From NCBI GenBank assembly GCA_963805975.1, contig CAWDVR010000002.1:1125955-1189954 (forward strand): DNA of 64,000 nucleotides. Reading direction: 5' to 3'. This stretch comes from an uncultured Acidobacteriota bacterium (GTDB taxonomy: Bacteria > Acidobacteriota > Thermoanaerobaculia > Multivoradales > SZUA-115). The notes beneath the pieces were generated by a model. The model did not search any database, was not told the origin of the DNA, and was given only the letters and a program-made list of their open reading frames with translations. The position numbers and the translations under genes were made by a program. This document shows positions 29,603 to 39,294 of this stretch, in pieces. Positions within the stretch are counted from its first letter, which is position 1; each line of letters starts with the position of its first letter.

Positions 29603-30852
29603 TGCCACGGACGCGGGACGGCCGCCTGCGGGTCGCCGTCACCGGCATCGGCGCCGTGACCTCGATCGGCGTCGGCCGCCAAGCGGTGTGGGCGAGCCTG
29701 CTCGCAGGCAGGTGCGGCACCTCCCCCGTCGAGTCCTTCGACACCGGCCGCTACAACGTGAAGCAGGGCGGCGAGATCAAGAGCTTCGCCGCCCAGGGGT
29801 ATCTGCGGACACTAGAGGCTGCGGCCCTCGGCCGTGCCTCGCAGCTCGCCGCCGCCGCCGCCCGACTGGCGCTCGAGGACGGCGGGCTCGAGGTGGACGA
29901 CTTCGAGGCCTTGGGCCTCGACCCGGCGCGCGCCGGCGTCGCCATGGGCACCACCTCCGGCGAGCCGCAGGAGGTCGAGCGGCTCGACGATCACCTGGTG
30001 GCCGGCAACCTGGAGCAGGCGGGGCGAGGGTTCATCCGCCGCTACCCCTGTCACGTGATCGCCGCCCACGTCGCCGGCGAGGTCGGCTTCGGCGGCGTCA
30101 ACGTGATGATCCCCACCGCCTGCGCGGCGGGCAACTACGCCATCGCCTACGCCCTGGACGCGCTGCGGGCCGGGCGCGCGGACGTGATGCTCGCCGGCGG
30201 CGCCGACTGCTTCTCGCGCATCACCTACACCGGCTTCGCGCGGCTGGGGGCGATCGCCCCGGACGTCTGCCGCCCGTTCGACAAGAACCGCCAGGGCATG
30301 ATTCCCGGCGAGGGCGCGGCCGTGCTGCTGCTCGAGCCGCTGGATCGCGCCCGGGGGCGCGGCGCCCGGATCTACGCCGAGGTGGCGGGCTACGGCCTCT
30401 CCTGCGACGCGCACCACATGACGGCGGCGCACCCGGAGGGGGAGGGCGCGGCGCGGGCCATGGAGCGGGCGCTCGCGATGAGCGGCCTCACGCCGGCGGA
30501 CGTCTCCTACGTGAGCGCCCACGGCACCGGCACGCCGACCAACGACCGCCTGGAGGCGATCGCCGTCAAGCGGGTGTTCGGCGAGCGCTCGCGGACCACG
30601 CCGATGAGCTCCGTCAAATCCATGCTCGGCCACACCATGGGCGCCGCCTCGGCGATCGAGGCCGCGGTCTGCGCGCTGGCGGTGGCGGAGGACCGCGTGC
30701 CGCCGACCATCCACTTCGAAGAGGCCGACCCCGAGATCGAGGTCGACTGCGTGCCCAACGTGGCGCGCGACTTCCCGGTCCACGTGGCGATGAACAACGC
30801 CTACGCTTTCGGCGGCAACAACGCCTCGACGGTTTTCCGCAAGTGCAACTAG
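29602..30852 (+). CDS. beta-ketoacyl synthase (KS-alpha, FabF/FabB-like)
   Basis: 416 aa. The active-site Cys is in PTACAAGNYA; the two active-site His are in AHGTGTP and GHTMGAAS. The start overlaps the ACP stop (TGATG). Confidence 0.9.
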   Translation: MPRTRDGRLRVAVTGIGAVTSIGVGRQAVWASLLAGRCGTSPVESFDTGRYNVKQGGEIKSFAAQGYLRTLEAAALGRASQLAAAAARLALEDGGLEVDDFEALGLDPARAGVAMGTTSGEPQEVERLDDHLVAGNLEQAGRGFIRRYPCHVIAAHVAGEVGFGGVNVMIPTACAAGNYAIAYALDALRAGRADVMLAGGADCFSRITYTGFARLGAIAPDVCRPFDKNRQGMIPGEGAAVLLLEPLDRARGRGARIYAEVAGYGLSCDAHHMTAAHPEGEGAARAMERALAMSGLTPADVSYVSAHGTGTPTNDRLEAIAVKRVFGERSRTTPMSSVKSMLGHTMGAASAIEAAVCALAVAEDRVPPTIHFEEADPEIEVDCVPNVARDFPVHVAMNNAYAFGGNNASTVFRKCN

Positions 30853-30869
30853 GCAGCGGCGAGCGGCGC

Positions 30870-32096
30870 GTGGTGATCACCGGGGTGGGATTGATCTCCC
30901 CCCTGGGCGACTCCGTGTGCGCTTTCAACGAGTCTTTGCGCGCCGGCACCGTGGCCCTGGGGCCGGTCGAGCTCTTCCCGCTCGACGGCCTGCCGCCGTA
31001 CCACGCCGGCGAGATCAAGGGGTTCGACCCGGCGACCTACTTCGGCGACCGCAACTACCGGCCCCTCGACCGCAACTCGCGCCTCGCGACCGTCGCCGCC
31101 CAGTTGGCGCTCAGCGCGAGCGGGCTCGCCCTCCCCGCGGCGCGAAGCGAGCGCATCGGCCTCGTGCTGGGCACGATGTTCGGCAGCGTACGCACCATCG
31201 CCGAGTTCGACCGCCGCGGCCTGACCGCGGGCCCGTCTTACGTCAAGCCGCTCGACTTCGCCAACAGCGTGATCAACGCCCCGGCCGGCCAGACCGCGAT
31301 CTGGCACGGGCTGGCCGGCGTCAACTCGACGATCACCGGCGGCGCCACGGCCGGCGTGCAGGCGATCGCCTACGCCGCGGACCTGATCCGCGCCGGCCAT
31401 GCGCCGGTGCTCCTCGCCGGCGGTGCGGACGAGCTGTCGTACGAGTCGCTCCTCGGCTTCGACCGTGCCGGTCTCCTACATCCCGCGGGCGACGGCTTTC
31501 CCGTGCCCTTCGCGAGCGGCCGCGCCGGCTTCGCGCTGGGCGAAGGCGCCGCGTTGCTGGTGCTCGAGGAGCGGACCTCGGCCGAGCGCCGCGGGGCGCC
31601 GATCCTCGCCGAGGTCTCCGGGCACGGCTCCGCTTTCGACACTTCGCTCGGCACCAGCGAGAGCGCTGCGTCCGAAGCCCTGGAACGCGCCATCCGCCTG
31701 GCCCTCGACGATGCGGGGATCGACGTGGCGGAGATCGGTGCCATATCTTGCGGTGCCGCCGGCAGCGTCGCCGGGGACCGCGCCGAGGCGCTGGGGATCG
31801 CGGCGGCGCTGGGCGCGGCGGCGCGCCGGGTGCCCGTTTTCGCGGTCAAGGCCCACCTCGGCGAGACCCTGGGGGCGGCGGGCGGCTTCCAGGCCGCCGC
31901 GCTCCTGGGCGCTTTCGCGAGCGGCACCGTGCCCGGCATCCCCGGCCTCGGCAACCACGGCCTCGCGAGCACCGATCCCGAGATCCCGCTGGCTCTCGGT
32001 TCCGCGCCGCGCGCCGCCGAGGTCCGCCACGGCCTGGTCACGGCGATGGGGCTCGACGGCCAGGTCTCCGCCGTCGTCCTGTCGAGACCCGTATGA
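30870..32096 (+). CDS. KS-beta / chain-length-factor-like ketosynthase homologue lacking the active-site Cys
   Basis: About 408 aa. The start is a GTG at 30870, or 30843 overlapping the KS stop. The KS fold is kept, but the catalytic position reads ITGGATAGVQAIAYA (no Cys) and the His motifs are degenerate. Confidence 0.75.
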   Translation: MVITGVGLISPLGDSVCAFNESLRAGTVALGPVELFPLDGLPPYHAGEIKGFDPATYFGDRNYRPLDRNSRLATVAAQLALSASGLALPAARSERIGLVLGTMFGSVRTIAEFDRRGLTAGPSYVKPLDFANSVINAPAGQTAIWHGLAGVNSTITGGATAGVQAIAYAADLIRAGHAPVLLAGGADELSYESLLGFDRAGLLHPAGDGFPVPFASGRAGFALGEGAALLVLEERTSAERRGAPILAEVSGHGSAFDTSLGTSESAASEALERAIRLALDDAGIDVAEIGAISCGAAGSVAGDRAEALGIAAALGAAARRVPVFAVKAHLGETLGAAGGFQAAALLGAFASGTVPGIPGLGNHGLASTDPEIPLALGSAPRAAEVRHGLVTAMGLDGQVSAVVLSRPV

Positions 32097-32608
32097 AGAG
32101 CGCTCGCCGGCGGCTGTGCCCGACGCTCCTGGCCGTGCTCGGCCTGCTCGCACTGGCCGGAGGCTGCCGGCGCGACCTCGGGCCGACGATCGCGGTCGGC
32201 GAGCCGGCGCCCGTCTTCGAGCTGGACGACCTCTCCGGCGGCACCCTCGGCAGCACGGAGCTGGCCGGCGAGCTGGTGGTGGTCAACTTCTGGGCCACCT
32301 GGTGCGGCCCTTGCCGGCGGGAGATCCCGGCTCTCAAGGAGCTCGACGCGCAGCCGGACGTGCGGGTGGTGGGCATCAGCCTCGACATCGATGCCACTGC
32401 AGAGGTGCAGAAGTTCGTGGACAAGAACCGGATCGGCTACACGGTGCTCCTCGGCAACGAGGCAGTGGCGGGGAGCTATCGGGTGACGGCGATCCCCACC
32501 ACCGTGGTGCTCGACCGCGCGCAGAAAGTGGTGGGCGTCTACCGCGGGCTGGTCTCCCGGCGGACGCTCGAAGCGGCGCTGGATCGCGCCCGCAAAGCAA
32601 CGGCTTGA
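32093..32608 (+). CDS. TlpA-like thiol:disulfide oxidoreductase lipoprotein (thioredoxin fold)
   Basis: 171 aa. The ATG overlaps the upstream stop (ATGA). The lipobox is LALAGGC. The active-site motif is WATWCGPC. Confidence 0.8.
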   Translation: MKSARRRLCPTLLAVLGLLALAGGCRRDLGPTIAVGEPAPVFELDDLSGGTLGSTELAGELVVVNFWATWCGPCRREIPALKELDAQPDVRVVGISLDIDATAEVQKFVDKNRIGYTVLLGNEAVAGSYRVTAIPTTVVLDRAQKVVGVYRGLVSRRTLEAALDRARKATA

Positions 32609-32645
32609 GAGCGATCGAACATCGGGTTCGAGGAAGGAGCTGGCG

Positions 32646-34460
32646 ATGAAAGACAAGGCATTGCAACACCAGAAGAGCAAGCGCATGCCGGAGGACGGCG
32701 AGCACTTCGACGTCGCCATCCTGGGCGGCGGTCTCGCCGGCGCGTGCCTGGCGCGCCAGCTCCTGCTCTACAGTGAAAAAAAAGTCGTCATCATCGACAA
32801 GCGCGAGGAGCTGCCGGCACCCGGCCAGAAGGTCGGCGAGGCCACGGTGCAGGCCTCGGCCTTCTACTACAGCAAGGTGCTGGACCTCGAAGAGCACCTG
32901 CTCTGCGACCACCTGATGAAGTACAACCTCCGCTTCTACTGGAAGTCGGCCGGCCGCGACAACCGCAACATGGAGGACTTCGGCCAGGGCTACATCCGCT
33001 ATCTCTCGAACATCGCCTGCTACCAGCTCGACCGCAACCGCATCGAGGCCGAGACGCTGCGCCTGAACCTCGAGAACGAGCGCTTCACCCTGGCGGCGCC
33101 GACGAAAAACCTCGACATCCAGCTCGCCAAGCCGGGCCCCCATCGCCTGAGCTTCGACCGCGCCGACGGCGGCAAGGTGAACCTCTCGGCCGATTGGGTG
33201 GTGGACTGCTCCGGCCGCGCCCGCATCCTGGCCCACAAGATGGACCTCGGCCGGCCGGGCTCGATCCGCCACGGCTCGATCTTCATGTGGGTCGACGGCC
33301 TGCTCAACATCGAGAAGCTCACCGACCTGCCGCGGCTCGAGATGATCCGCAAGCGCGACCGCGCCGCCCTGGGCCACCTGCCCACCTGGCTCGCCACCAA
33401 CCACTTCTGCGGCGAGGGGTTCTGGTTCTGGGTGATCCCCCTCCAGGGCCAGACCAGCCTCGGCCTGGTGTTCGACCGCGCGATGATCGACCATCGCGAC
33501 GTCAACACCCCCGAGAAGCTCATCGACTGGGTGTGCCGCGAGTTCCCGCTCTTCGAGCGCGACCTGCCGCACCGCAAGATCAACCACTTCGCCGGCATCC
33601 CGGACTACGGCTACGACTGCGCGCAGACGATCAGCGCCGACAAATGGGCCATGGCCGGCATGGCGGGCCGCTTCTCGGACCCCCTCTACTCGCCGGGCGG
33701 CGACCTGATCTCGATCTACAACACGCTGATCACCGACGCGATCCTGACCGACGACCCGGAGGAGCTCGCCACCAAGGTGCGCTCCTACGAGCAGGTGATG
33801 CGCGCCGCCTACGAGGCCTACGTGCCGAGCTTCGCCGACTCCTACAACGTGCTCGGCGACCAGGAGGGCTACTGCCTCAAGTACACCTGGGAGCTCGCCA
33901 TCTACTTCTCCTTCTACGTCTTCCCGTTCATCAACGGCCTCTTCACCGACCGCCGCTTCCTGCCCGCGTTCTTCAACCGCTTCGGCCGCCTGGGGCCGAT
34001 CAACCGCAACCTGCAGACGTTCATCGCCGAGTACGCGCGCTGGGCCAAGACCGGGCTCACGGCGCCCGAGGAGCCGATCTTCCACGACTTCACGGAGCTG
34101 CGGCCCCTGGCGGCGGCGGCCGAGACCTTCTACAAGATGGGCATCGAGGTCGACGAAGCCAAGCAGGTGCTCGCGGAGCAGCTCGTAAACCTCGAGGAGC
34201 TGGCGCGCTTCACCCTCGCCTACCTCACCTCGGTGGTGGTGGGCGACGAGGCGGCCGTGCACCACAAGGAGCTCGTGGAGTCGATCGACCTCAACGACTA
34301 CCGCTTCGACCCCGAGGCGTTGCGCCAGAGGTGGGCGATGGCCGGGAAGCCCTCCGGGAGCTATGCCTGGCGCCTCGACCCGCGGGCGGCCGAGAAGTTC
34401 CGTCGGGCCCGGCGGCTGACCCACGCGGACGTCGAGGCGGAGGCGATGGCCGTCTCGTGA
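32646..34460 (+). CDS. flavin-dependent halogenase (tryptophan-halogenase family)
   Basis: 604 aa. The FAD-binding motif is DVAILGGGLAG. The halogenase signature is GEGFWFWVIPL (WxWxIP). The conserved Lys region is also present. Confidence 0.8.
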   Translation: MKDKALQHQKSKRMPEDGEHFDVAILGGGLAGACLARQLLLYSEKKVVIIDKREELPAPGQKVGEATVQASAFYYSKVLDLEEHLLCDHLMKYNLRFYWKSAGRDNRNMEDFGQGYIRYLSNIACYQLDRNRIEAETLRLNLENERFTLAAPTKNLDIQLAKPGPHRLSFDRADGGKVNLSADWVVDCSGRARILAHKMDLGRPGSIRHGSIFMWVDGLLNIEKLTDLPRLEMIRKRDRAALGHLPTWLATNHFCGEGFWFWVIPLQGQTSLGLVFDRAMIDHRDVNTPEKLIDWVCREFPLFERDLPHRKINHFAGIPDYGYDCAQTISADKWAMAGMAGRFSDPLYSPGGDLISIYNTLITDAILTDDPEELATKVRSYEQVMRAAYEAYVPSFADSYNVLGDQEGYCLKYTWELAIYFSFYVFPFINGLFTDRRFLPAFFNRFGRLGPINRNLQTFIAEYARWAKTGLTAPEEPIFHDFTELRPLAAAAETFYKMGIEVDEAKQVLAEQLVNLEELARFTLAYLTSVVVGDEAAVHHKELVESIDLNDYRFDPEALRQRWAMAGKPSGSYAWRLDPRAAEKFRRARRLTHADVEAEAMAVS

Positions 34461-35893
34461 AGAGCGAGCCCGAGCTCGTGGACTTAGCAGCCGGTCTCGA
34501 ACGGATCTTCGATCGGGTGCCCGAGGAAGGCTCGGGGCCGGTCGCGGGCATCGAGGGCGAGCTACCCGCGTGGCTTCGCGGCACGCTGTACCTCACGGGC
34601 CCGGCGCGCTTCCACCGCGGCGAGACGCGCTATCGCCACTGGCTCGACGGCGACGGCATGGTCTGCGCCCTCCGTTTCTCCGAAGAGGCTGGCACCTCTA
34701 GCAGCACCTTCGCCAGCCGTTTCGTGCGCAGCCACAAGTGGGTGGCCGAGGAGGGTGCCGGCCGCGCCCTCTTCCGCACCTTCGGCACGCGCTTTCCCGG
34801 CGACCAGCTCCTGCGCGGGGTGGCTCTCGCTTCGCCGGTCAACGTCTCCGTGGTGCCCTTCGCGGGCAAGCTCCTCGCGTTCGGAGAGCAGGGCCTGCCC
34901 TGGGAGCTCGACCTGACGACCCTCGAGACCCGTGGCGAGCACACCTTCGGCGGCAGGCTCAACCCTATCTCGCCGCTCTCCGCCCACCCGAAGATCGACT
35001 GCACGACGCACGAGATGCTCAACTTCGGCATCTCCTACGCGACGGCCGAGCCCACGCTGACGCTCTACCGCTTCGCCGCGGACGGCCGGCTCCTCTACCG
35101 CCGGCGACACGGCCTCGAGCTGCCCTACTCAGTGCACGACTTCAACCTGTCGCAGCGCTACGCCGTGCTCCACCTCGGCCCGTACCTCATGGACGTGGGC
35201 AGGTTCATGAAGGAAGGCGCCACCGTGATGGAGTCGCTCTCCTGGGAGCCCGAGCGCGGCAGCCGCCTCGCCGTCTTCTCGCGCGAGACCGGTGACCTCG
35301 TCTGCTCGGTGCCGGTGGGGAGCGGCTACTGCCTGCATCACGTCAACGCCTTCGAAGACGAGGACGGGCGGCTGGTGGTCGACCTCCTGGAGCTCGAAGA
35401 GCCCGTGTACAAAGACTACGAGCCTCTGCCCCAGCTCTTCGTCGATGTCCGCCCCGCGCACCCGACCCGCTTCGTCGTCGACCCCGTCACCGGCACGCTG
35501 CTCGAAACGATCCGTCTCCCCTTCACCCTGGCAGCGGACTTCCCCGTCCACGACCCGGCCCTCACCTGCCTCCCCTACCGCCAGTTCTGGATGCTCGGGA
35601 TCTCCACCACCGGGAAACCGGGGCGAAAGTTCCTCGACCGGCTGTGCCGGGGGGACTGGGAGACGGGCGAGGTAGAGACCATCTACACCCCGCCTGCCGG
35701 CAGCTTCCTCGCCGGCGAGCCGGTGTTCGTGGCGGCGCCGGACGGAAGCGAGGAGGAGGGCGTGGTGCTGGTGCCCGAGCTGAACCTCGAAACCGGCACC
35801 ACGAGGTTCCTGGTGGTGGGAAAGGACGTGGCCAGGATCGAGCTGGGGCGAGCGATCCACACCTGCTTTCATGCCGGATGGAGTTTCGGCTGA
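34457..35893 (+). CDS. carotenoid/stilbene cleavage oxygenase (RPE65/CCD family)
   Basis: 478 aa. The GTG start overlaps the halogenase stop (GTGA). The four iron-ligand His contexts are present (SAHPKID, THEML, YCLHHVNAFED, IHTCFHAGW). Confidence 0.8.
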   Translation: MKSEPELVDLAAGLERIFDRVPEEGSGPVAGIEGELPAWLRGTLYLTGPARFHRGETRYRHWLDGDGMVCALRFSEEAGTSSSTFASRFVRSHKWVAEEGAGRALFRTFGTRFPGDQLLRGVALASPVNVSVVPFAGKLLAFGEQGLPWELDLTTLETRGEHTFGGRLNPISPLSAHPKIDCTTHEMLNFGISYATAEPTLTLYRFAADGRLLYRRRHGLELPYSVHDFNLSQRYAVLHLGPYLMDVGRFMKEGATVMESLSWEPERGSRLAVFSRETGDLVCSVPVGSGYCLHHVNAFEDEDGRLVVDLLELEEPVYKDYEPLPQLFVDVRPAHPTRFVVDPVTGTLLETIRLPFTLAADFPVHDPALTCLPYRQFWMLGISTTGKPGRKFLDRLCRGDWETGEVETIYTPPAGSFLAGEPVFVAAPDGSEEEGVVLVPELNLETGTTRFLVVGKDVARIELGRAIHTCFHAGWSFG

Positions 35894-36149
35894 TGGTTTC
35901 CCCCGCCGGTTCGCCTTCCAGGCAGATTCACCGCCGATTCGCCCGCTTCCTCGGAGATCGAAGTTCGCTGACAAGGCCGGCACTTTCTTTCCGCCTCTGA
36001 TCGGAACTTGGCGGCCGAGGAGTGGGAGCGAGGTAATTTTTCGCCTCCCCCGGTTAGAGATTCTGACGCAAGCGCCTCGGGCAGAAAGACTTACCCTTGC
36101 CTCTGCCCCACGCCGCACCTACATTCCTGGCGTGCGAAGCCTGGATCCG

Positions 36150-36554
36150 ATGCGGATGGCGCTGCGGCTGCTGCGCGAGCGTCGGGGCTGGAATCAGCAG
36201 GAGCTGGCGGACAGAGCCGGCAGCACCAAGAGCAAGATCTCCACTTACGAAACCGGTACGACGGAGCCCACCCTCACCACTCTCGACGGGTTGCTGCTGA
36301 CGCTCGGGTCCAGCTGGCTCGAACTCTCTCTCCTCGCCCAGATGCTCGAACCGGCCGTCGCCTCTCTCGCAAGCAGAGGCGAGGGCTCGCCCGCGATGGC
36401 CAGTGTGCCGCCTGCCAGCACGCCGGTGGTCGGGGCGCTGCGCCTCAACCTCGCAGCGGCGGGAGACTGGTTGAGGCCCTGGAGCAGAACCTCCTCGCCC
36501 CTCCCTCAACCACCTCCGAGGTGCCAGCCGACTCGTAACGGCACTCCGGTGTAG
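36150..36554 (+). CDS. XRE-family helix-turn-helix transcriptional regulator (paralogue 1; C-terminal region apparently frameshifted)
   Basis: The HTH is QQELADRAGSTKSKISTYETG. The conserved N-terminal region extends upstream, with a possible GTG start at 36132. After ~36460, similarity to paralogue 2 continues in another frame (GRLVEALEQNLLAPP versus KLIAALEQSVVELPP). Confidence 0.55.
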   Translation: MRMALRLLRERRGWNQQELADRAGSTKSKISTYETGTTEPTLTTLDGLLLTLGSSWLELSLLAQMLEPAVASLASRGEGSPAMASVPPASTPVVGALRLNLAAAGDWLRPWSRTSSPLPQPPPRCQPTRNGTPV

Positions 36555-36651
36555 CTTCCAATCGAAGCGGTGGGCACCCCTCCTCGTGGAGGCTCAGCTT
36601 TCCGAAGCAATCGAGGCCAGGATCGATTGGTGATGGTACATTGCTCGCTCG

Positions 36652-37143
36652 ATGAAGGGCGAGATCGAGCGAGTCCTCGGAGCTCTGAACAGAGCCGAGG
36701 TCCGCTACTTGGTCGTGGGTGGCGTGGCTGTCGTGCTTCATGGCTATCTTCGCACCACCAGGGACCTGGATCTGGTCGTCCAACTGGGAACGGAGAACCT
36801 CAAGAAGGCCCTCGAGGCCCTGAAGAACCTCGGCTTCGAGCCCGCCGTGCCGGTTCCGATCGAAGCCTTCGCGAATCCGGTAGCGCGGGACTCGTGGATT
36901 CGAGACAAGAACCTATTGGTCTTCTCGCTCTGGCATCCGCAGAGACCTGGATTCCAGGTCGACCTTTTCGCGGAGGAGCCGTTTGACTTTGAAGAGACCT
37001 ATTCTCGCGCCCTCCGGGTTCCGCTCGACAGCACCACGGCGATGGTTGTCTCGGCACATGACCTCATCGCTCTGAAGCGCCGAGCGGGCCGGCCCCAGGA
37101 TCTCGCCGATATCGACGCGCTGGAAGAACTGGAGGAGGAATAG
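36652..37143 (+). CDS. minimal nucleotidyltransferase-fold protein (pol-beta superfamily, MNT/DUF6036-like)
   Basis: 163 aa. YLVVGGVAVVLHGYLRTTRDLDLVV is a GG/hG...DxD NTase-like core. GC is lower (~58%). Confidence 0.5.
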   Translation: MKGEIERVLGALNRAEVRYLVVGGVAVVLHGYLRTTRDLDLVVQLGTENLKKALEALKNLGFEPAVPVPIEAFANPVARDSWIRDKNLLVFSLWHPQRPGFQVDLFAEEPFDFEETYSRALRVPLDSTTAMVVSAHDLIALKRRAGRPQDLADIDALEELEEE

Positions 37144-37149
37144 CCGCCC

Positions 37150-37383
37150 ATGCTCGAGGAGAAGAACGCACGCACCGAGTCAGAGTGCCAGCCCGAACCC
37201 TGGAGCTTCGAGGCCAACCGCAAGAGGCAGCTTCGGACAGGCCTTCGGCTGACGCCTGCCGAGAGACTACGGTGGCTGGAGGAGACTGTAGAGGAGCTTC
37301 TTCCCTGGGTGGGTCGGGCACGGCCGGGGCCGTCGGTGGACCTCGGCCAGCAGGGGCCGGACGATGTACACCGACCAGCGTAG
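37150..37383 (+). CDS. small hypothetical protein adjacent to the NTase gene
   Basis: 77 aa. It starts 4 bp after the NTase stop. It contains LTPAERLRWLEETVEEL; no family is recognised and it may be spurious. Confidence 0.3.
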   Translation: MLEEKNARTESECQPEPWSFEANRKRQLRTGLRLTPAERLRWLEETVEELLPWVGRARPGPSVDLGQQGPDDVHRPA

Positions 37384-37479
37384 CGTCAAGCCGCGATATC
37401 TGACACTTCTACCAACCTGTCTCGTGTGGCGGCCTCCAAGGTCGAGGAACAGGATCGGTCGGGATAACATCCCGGCCCC

Positions 37480-39294
37480 GTGAGCACCCGCCCCCTCCTC
37501 TTGAGCTGCGAGTCGATCAGCAAGCAGTACGGTTCGCGGCCACTGTTCCAGAACCTCTCGTTCGGCCTCTCCTCAGGAGATCGCGTCGGGCTCGTGGGCC
37601 CGAACGGCTCCGGCAAGTCGACCCTCCTGAGAATCCTGGCCGGTCTCGAAGAGCCGGATTCCGGGACGCGCTCGGTGCGCAAGGGGACGCGCGCCGGCTA
37701 CGTGCCGCAGGACCCGGTCTTCGCCGAGCACCTGCCGGCCGAGGAGATCCTCGTCGAGGCTCTGGGCGGCCTGCCGCTCGAGGACTTCGAGAAGACGGCG
37801 CGCGCCGCGTTGGTGCTCGGCAAGATGGGCTTTCGCGAGCCGCGACAAGTGGTGGGCACGCTCTCCGGTGGTTGGAAAAAGCGGCTGGCCATCGCCCGTG
37901 AGCTGGTCCGCGAACCGGAGATCCTCCTTCTCGACGAGCCGACCAATCATCTCGACCTCGAAGGCATCCTGGATCTCGAAGAGATCCTCAGCCTGGAGCC
38001 CGCCGCCTTCGTCGTGGTAAGCCACGATCGCTACTTCCTGGAGAACGTGGCGCGCCGCATGATCGAGATCGATCGCGCTTATCCGGAGGGCATGCTCCAG
38101 GCCGAGGGCACCTACAGCGACTTCCTCGAGAAGCGCGACGAGGTACGGCGCAACCAGGTCGAGTACCAGGAGACGCTCGCCAACCGCGCCCGCCGCGAAG
38201 TCGAGTGGCTGCGCCGGGGCCCCAAGGCCCGCCGCACCAAGGCGAAGGGCCGCATCCAGGAGGCGGGACGGCTGCTGGAGGAGCTCGCCCAGGTCAAGGA
38301 TCGGACCTCCGAGGCAACTCCCACCGGCATCGATTTCGCCGGCTCTGGCCGCAAGACCAGGAAGCTGCTCGAGGCTCGAGGCATTGGCAAGTCCTTCGGC
38401 GATCAGGTGGTGCTCGAGGGCGTGGACCTCCTGATCCGACCGGGCACGCGCCTCGGCGTCCTCGGTCCGAATGGCAGCGGCAAGACCACGCTCCTCTCGC
38501 TTCTCGCCGGCTCCCTCGAGCCGGACCGAGGCGATATCGTGCGGGCACCGTTTCTGAGAACCGTCCTCTTCGAGCAGAGCCGCGAGACGCTGGACCGCTC
38601 TGTGACCTTGCGCCGGGCGCTGGCGCCGGAGAGCGACTCGGTGATCCACCAGGACCGGACGGTCCACGTCGCCTCCTGGGCGCGACGCTTCCTGTTCCGC
38701 CCGGAACAGTTGGACACCCCGGTCTCCTCGCTCTCGGGCGGCGAGCAGGCGCGCATCCTGATCGCACGGCTGATGCTCCAGCCAGCCGATCTACTGATCC
38801 TCGATGAGCCGACGAACGACCTCGACATCGCAACCCTCGAGGTGCTCGAGGAGAGCTTGCTCGAGTTTCCCGGCGGCCTCGTCCTGGTGACCCACGACCG
38901 TTATCTGCTCGACCGCGTCTCGACCTCCATCCTGGCGCTCGACGGCCGGAGAGGTGCCAGCCTCTTCGCCGACACGGCGCAGTGGGAAGGAGAGCGGCGA
39001 CGCGACATGGCCCCCCGGCCGGTGTCTTCCAAGCCGTCCTCCGGCGCACGCTCGCCCGAGCCTCAAGCGAAACGCCTGACCTACCGCGAGCGGCGCGAAT
39101 GGGAGCGGATCGAAGGTGAGATCCTCGCCGCGGAGGAGGCGTTCGCACGCCACCAGGCGGCGGTCGAGGATCCGGTGATCGCGACCGATGCCGTGGCGCT
39201 CGCCGAGCGCTGTGCCGCGCTCGACTCCGTCCGTGCCGACGTGGAGCGGCTCTACGCGCGCTGGGCGGAGCTGGAGGAGAAGAAAAGCACCTGA
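37480..39294 (+). CDS. ABC-F family ATPase (two ABC domains plus a C-terminal coiled-coil; Uup/YheS-like)
   Basis: 604 aa with a GTG start. The first ABC domain has the Walker A motif GLVGPNGSGKSTLL and the signature LSGGWKKRLAIA. The second ABC domain has GVLGPNGSGKTTLL and LSGGEQARILIA. There is an inter-domain linker, a C-terminal coiled-coil and no TM domain. Confidence 0.85.
   Translation: MSTRPLLLSCESISKQYGSRPLFQNLSFGLSSGDRVGLVGPNGSGKSTLLRILAGLEEPDSGTRSVRKGTRAGYVPQDPVFAEHLPAEEILVEALGGLPLEDFEKTARAALVLGKMGFREPRQVVGTLSGGWKKRLAIARELVREPEILLLDEPTNHLDLEGILDLEEILSLEPAAFVVVSHDRYFLENVARRMIEIDRAYPEGMLQAEGTYSDFLEKRDEVRRNQVEYQETLANRARREVEWLRRGPKARRTKAKGRIQEAGRLLEELAQVKDRTSEATPTGIDFAGSGRKTRKLLEARGIGKSFGDQVVLEGVDLLIRPGTRLGVLGPNGSGKTTLLSLLAGSLEPDRGDIVRAPFLRTVLFEQSRETLDRSVTLRRALAPESDSVIHQDRTVHVASWARRFLFRPEQLDTPVSSLSGGEQARILIARLMLQPADLLILDEPTNDLDIATLEVLEESLLEFPGGLVLVTHDRYLLDRVSTSILALDGRRGASLFADTAQWEGERRRDMAPRPVSSKPSSGARSPEPQAKRLTYRERREWERIEGEILAAEEAFARHQAAVEDPVIATDAVALAERCAALDSVRADVERLYARWAELEEKKST

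Noticed and set aside
29688-32096. 802-aa ORF spanning the KS and CLF genes
   Set aside because: The first half is an alternative frame over the KS gene. Only the portion from ~30843/30870 (the CLF-like protein) is supported by homology.
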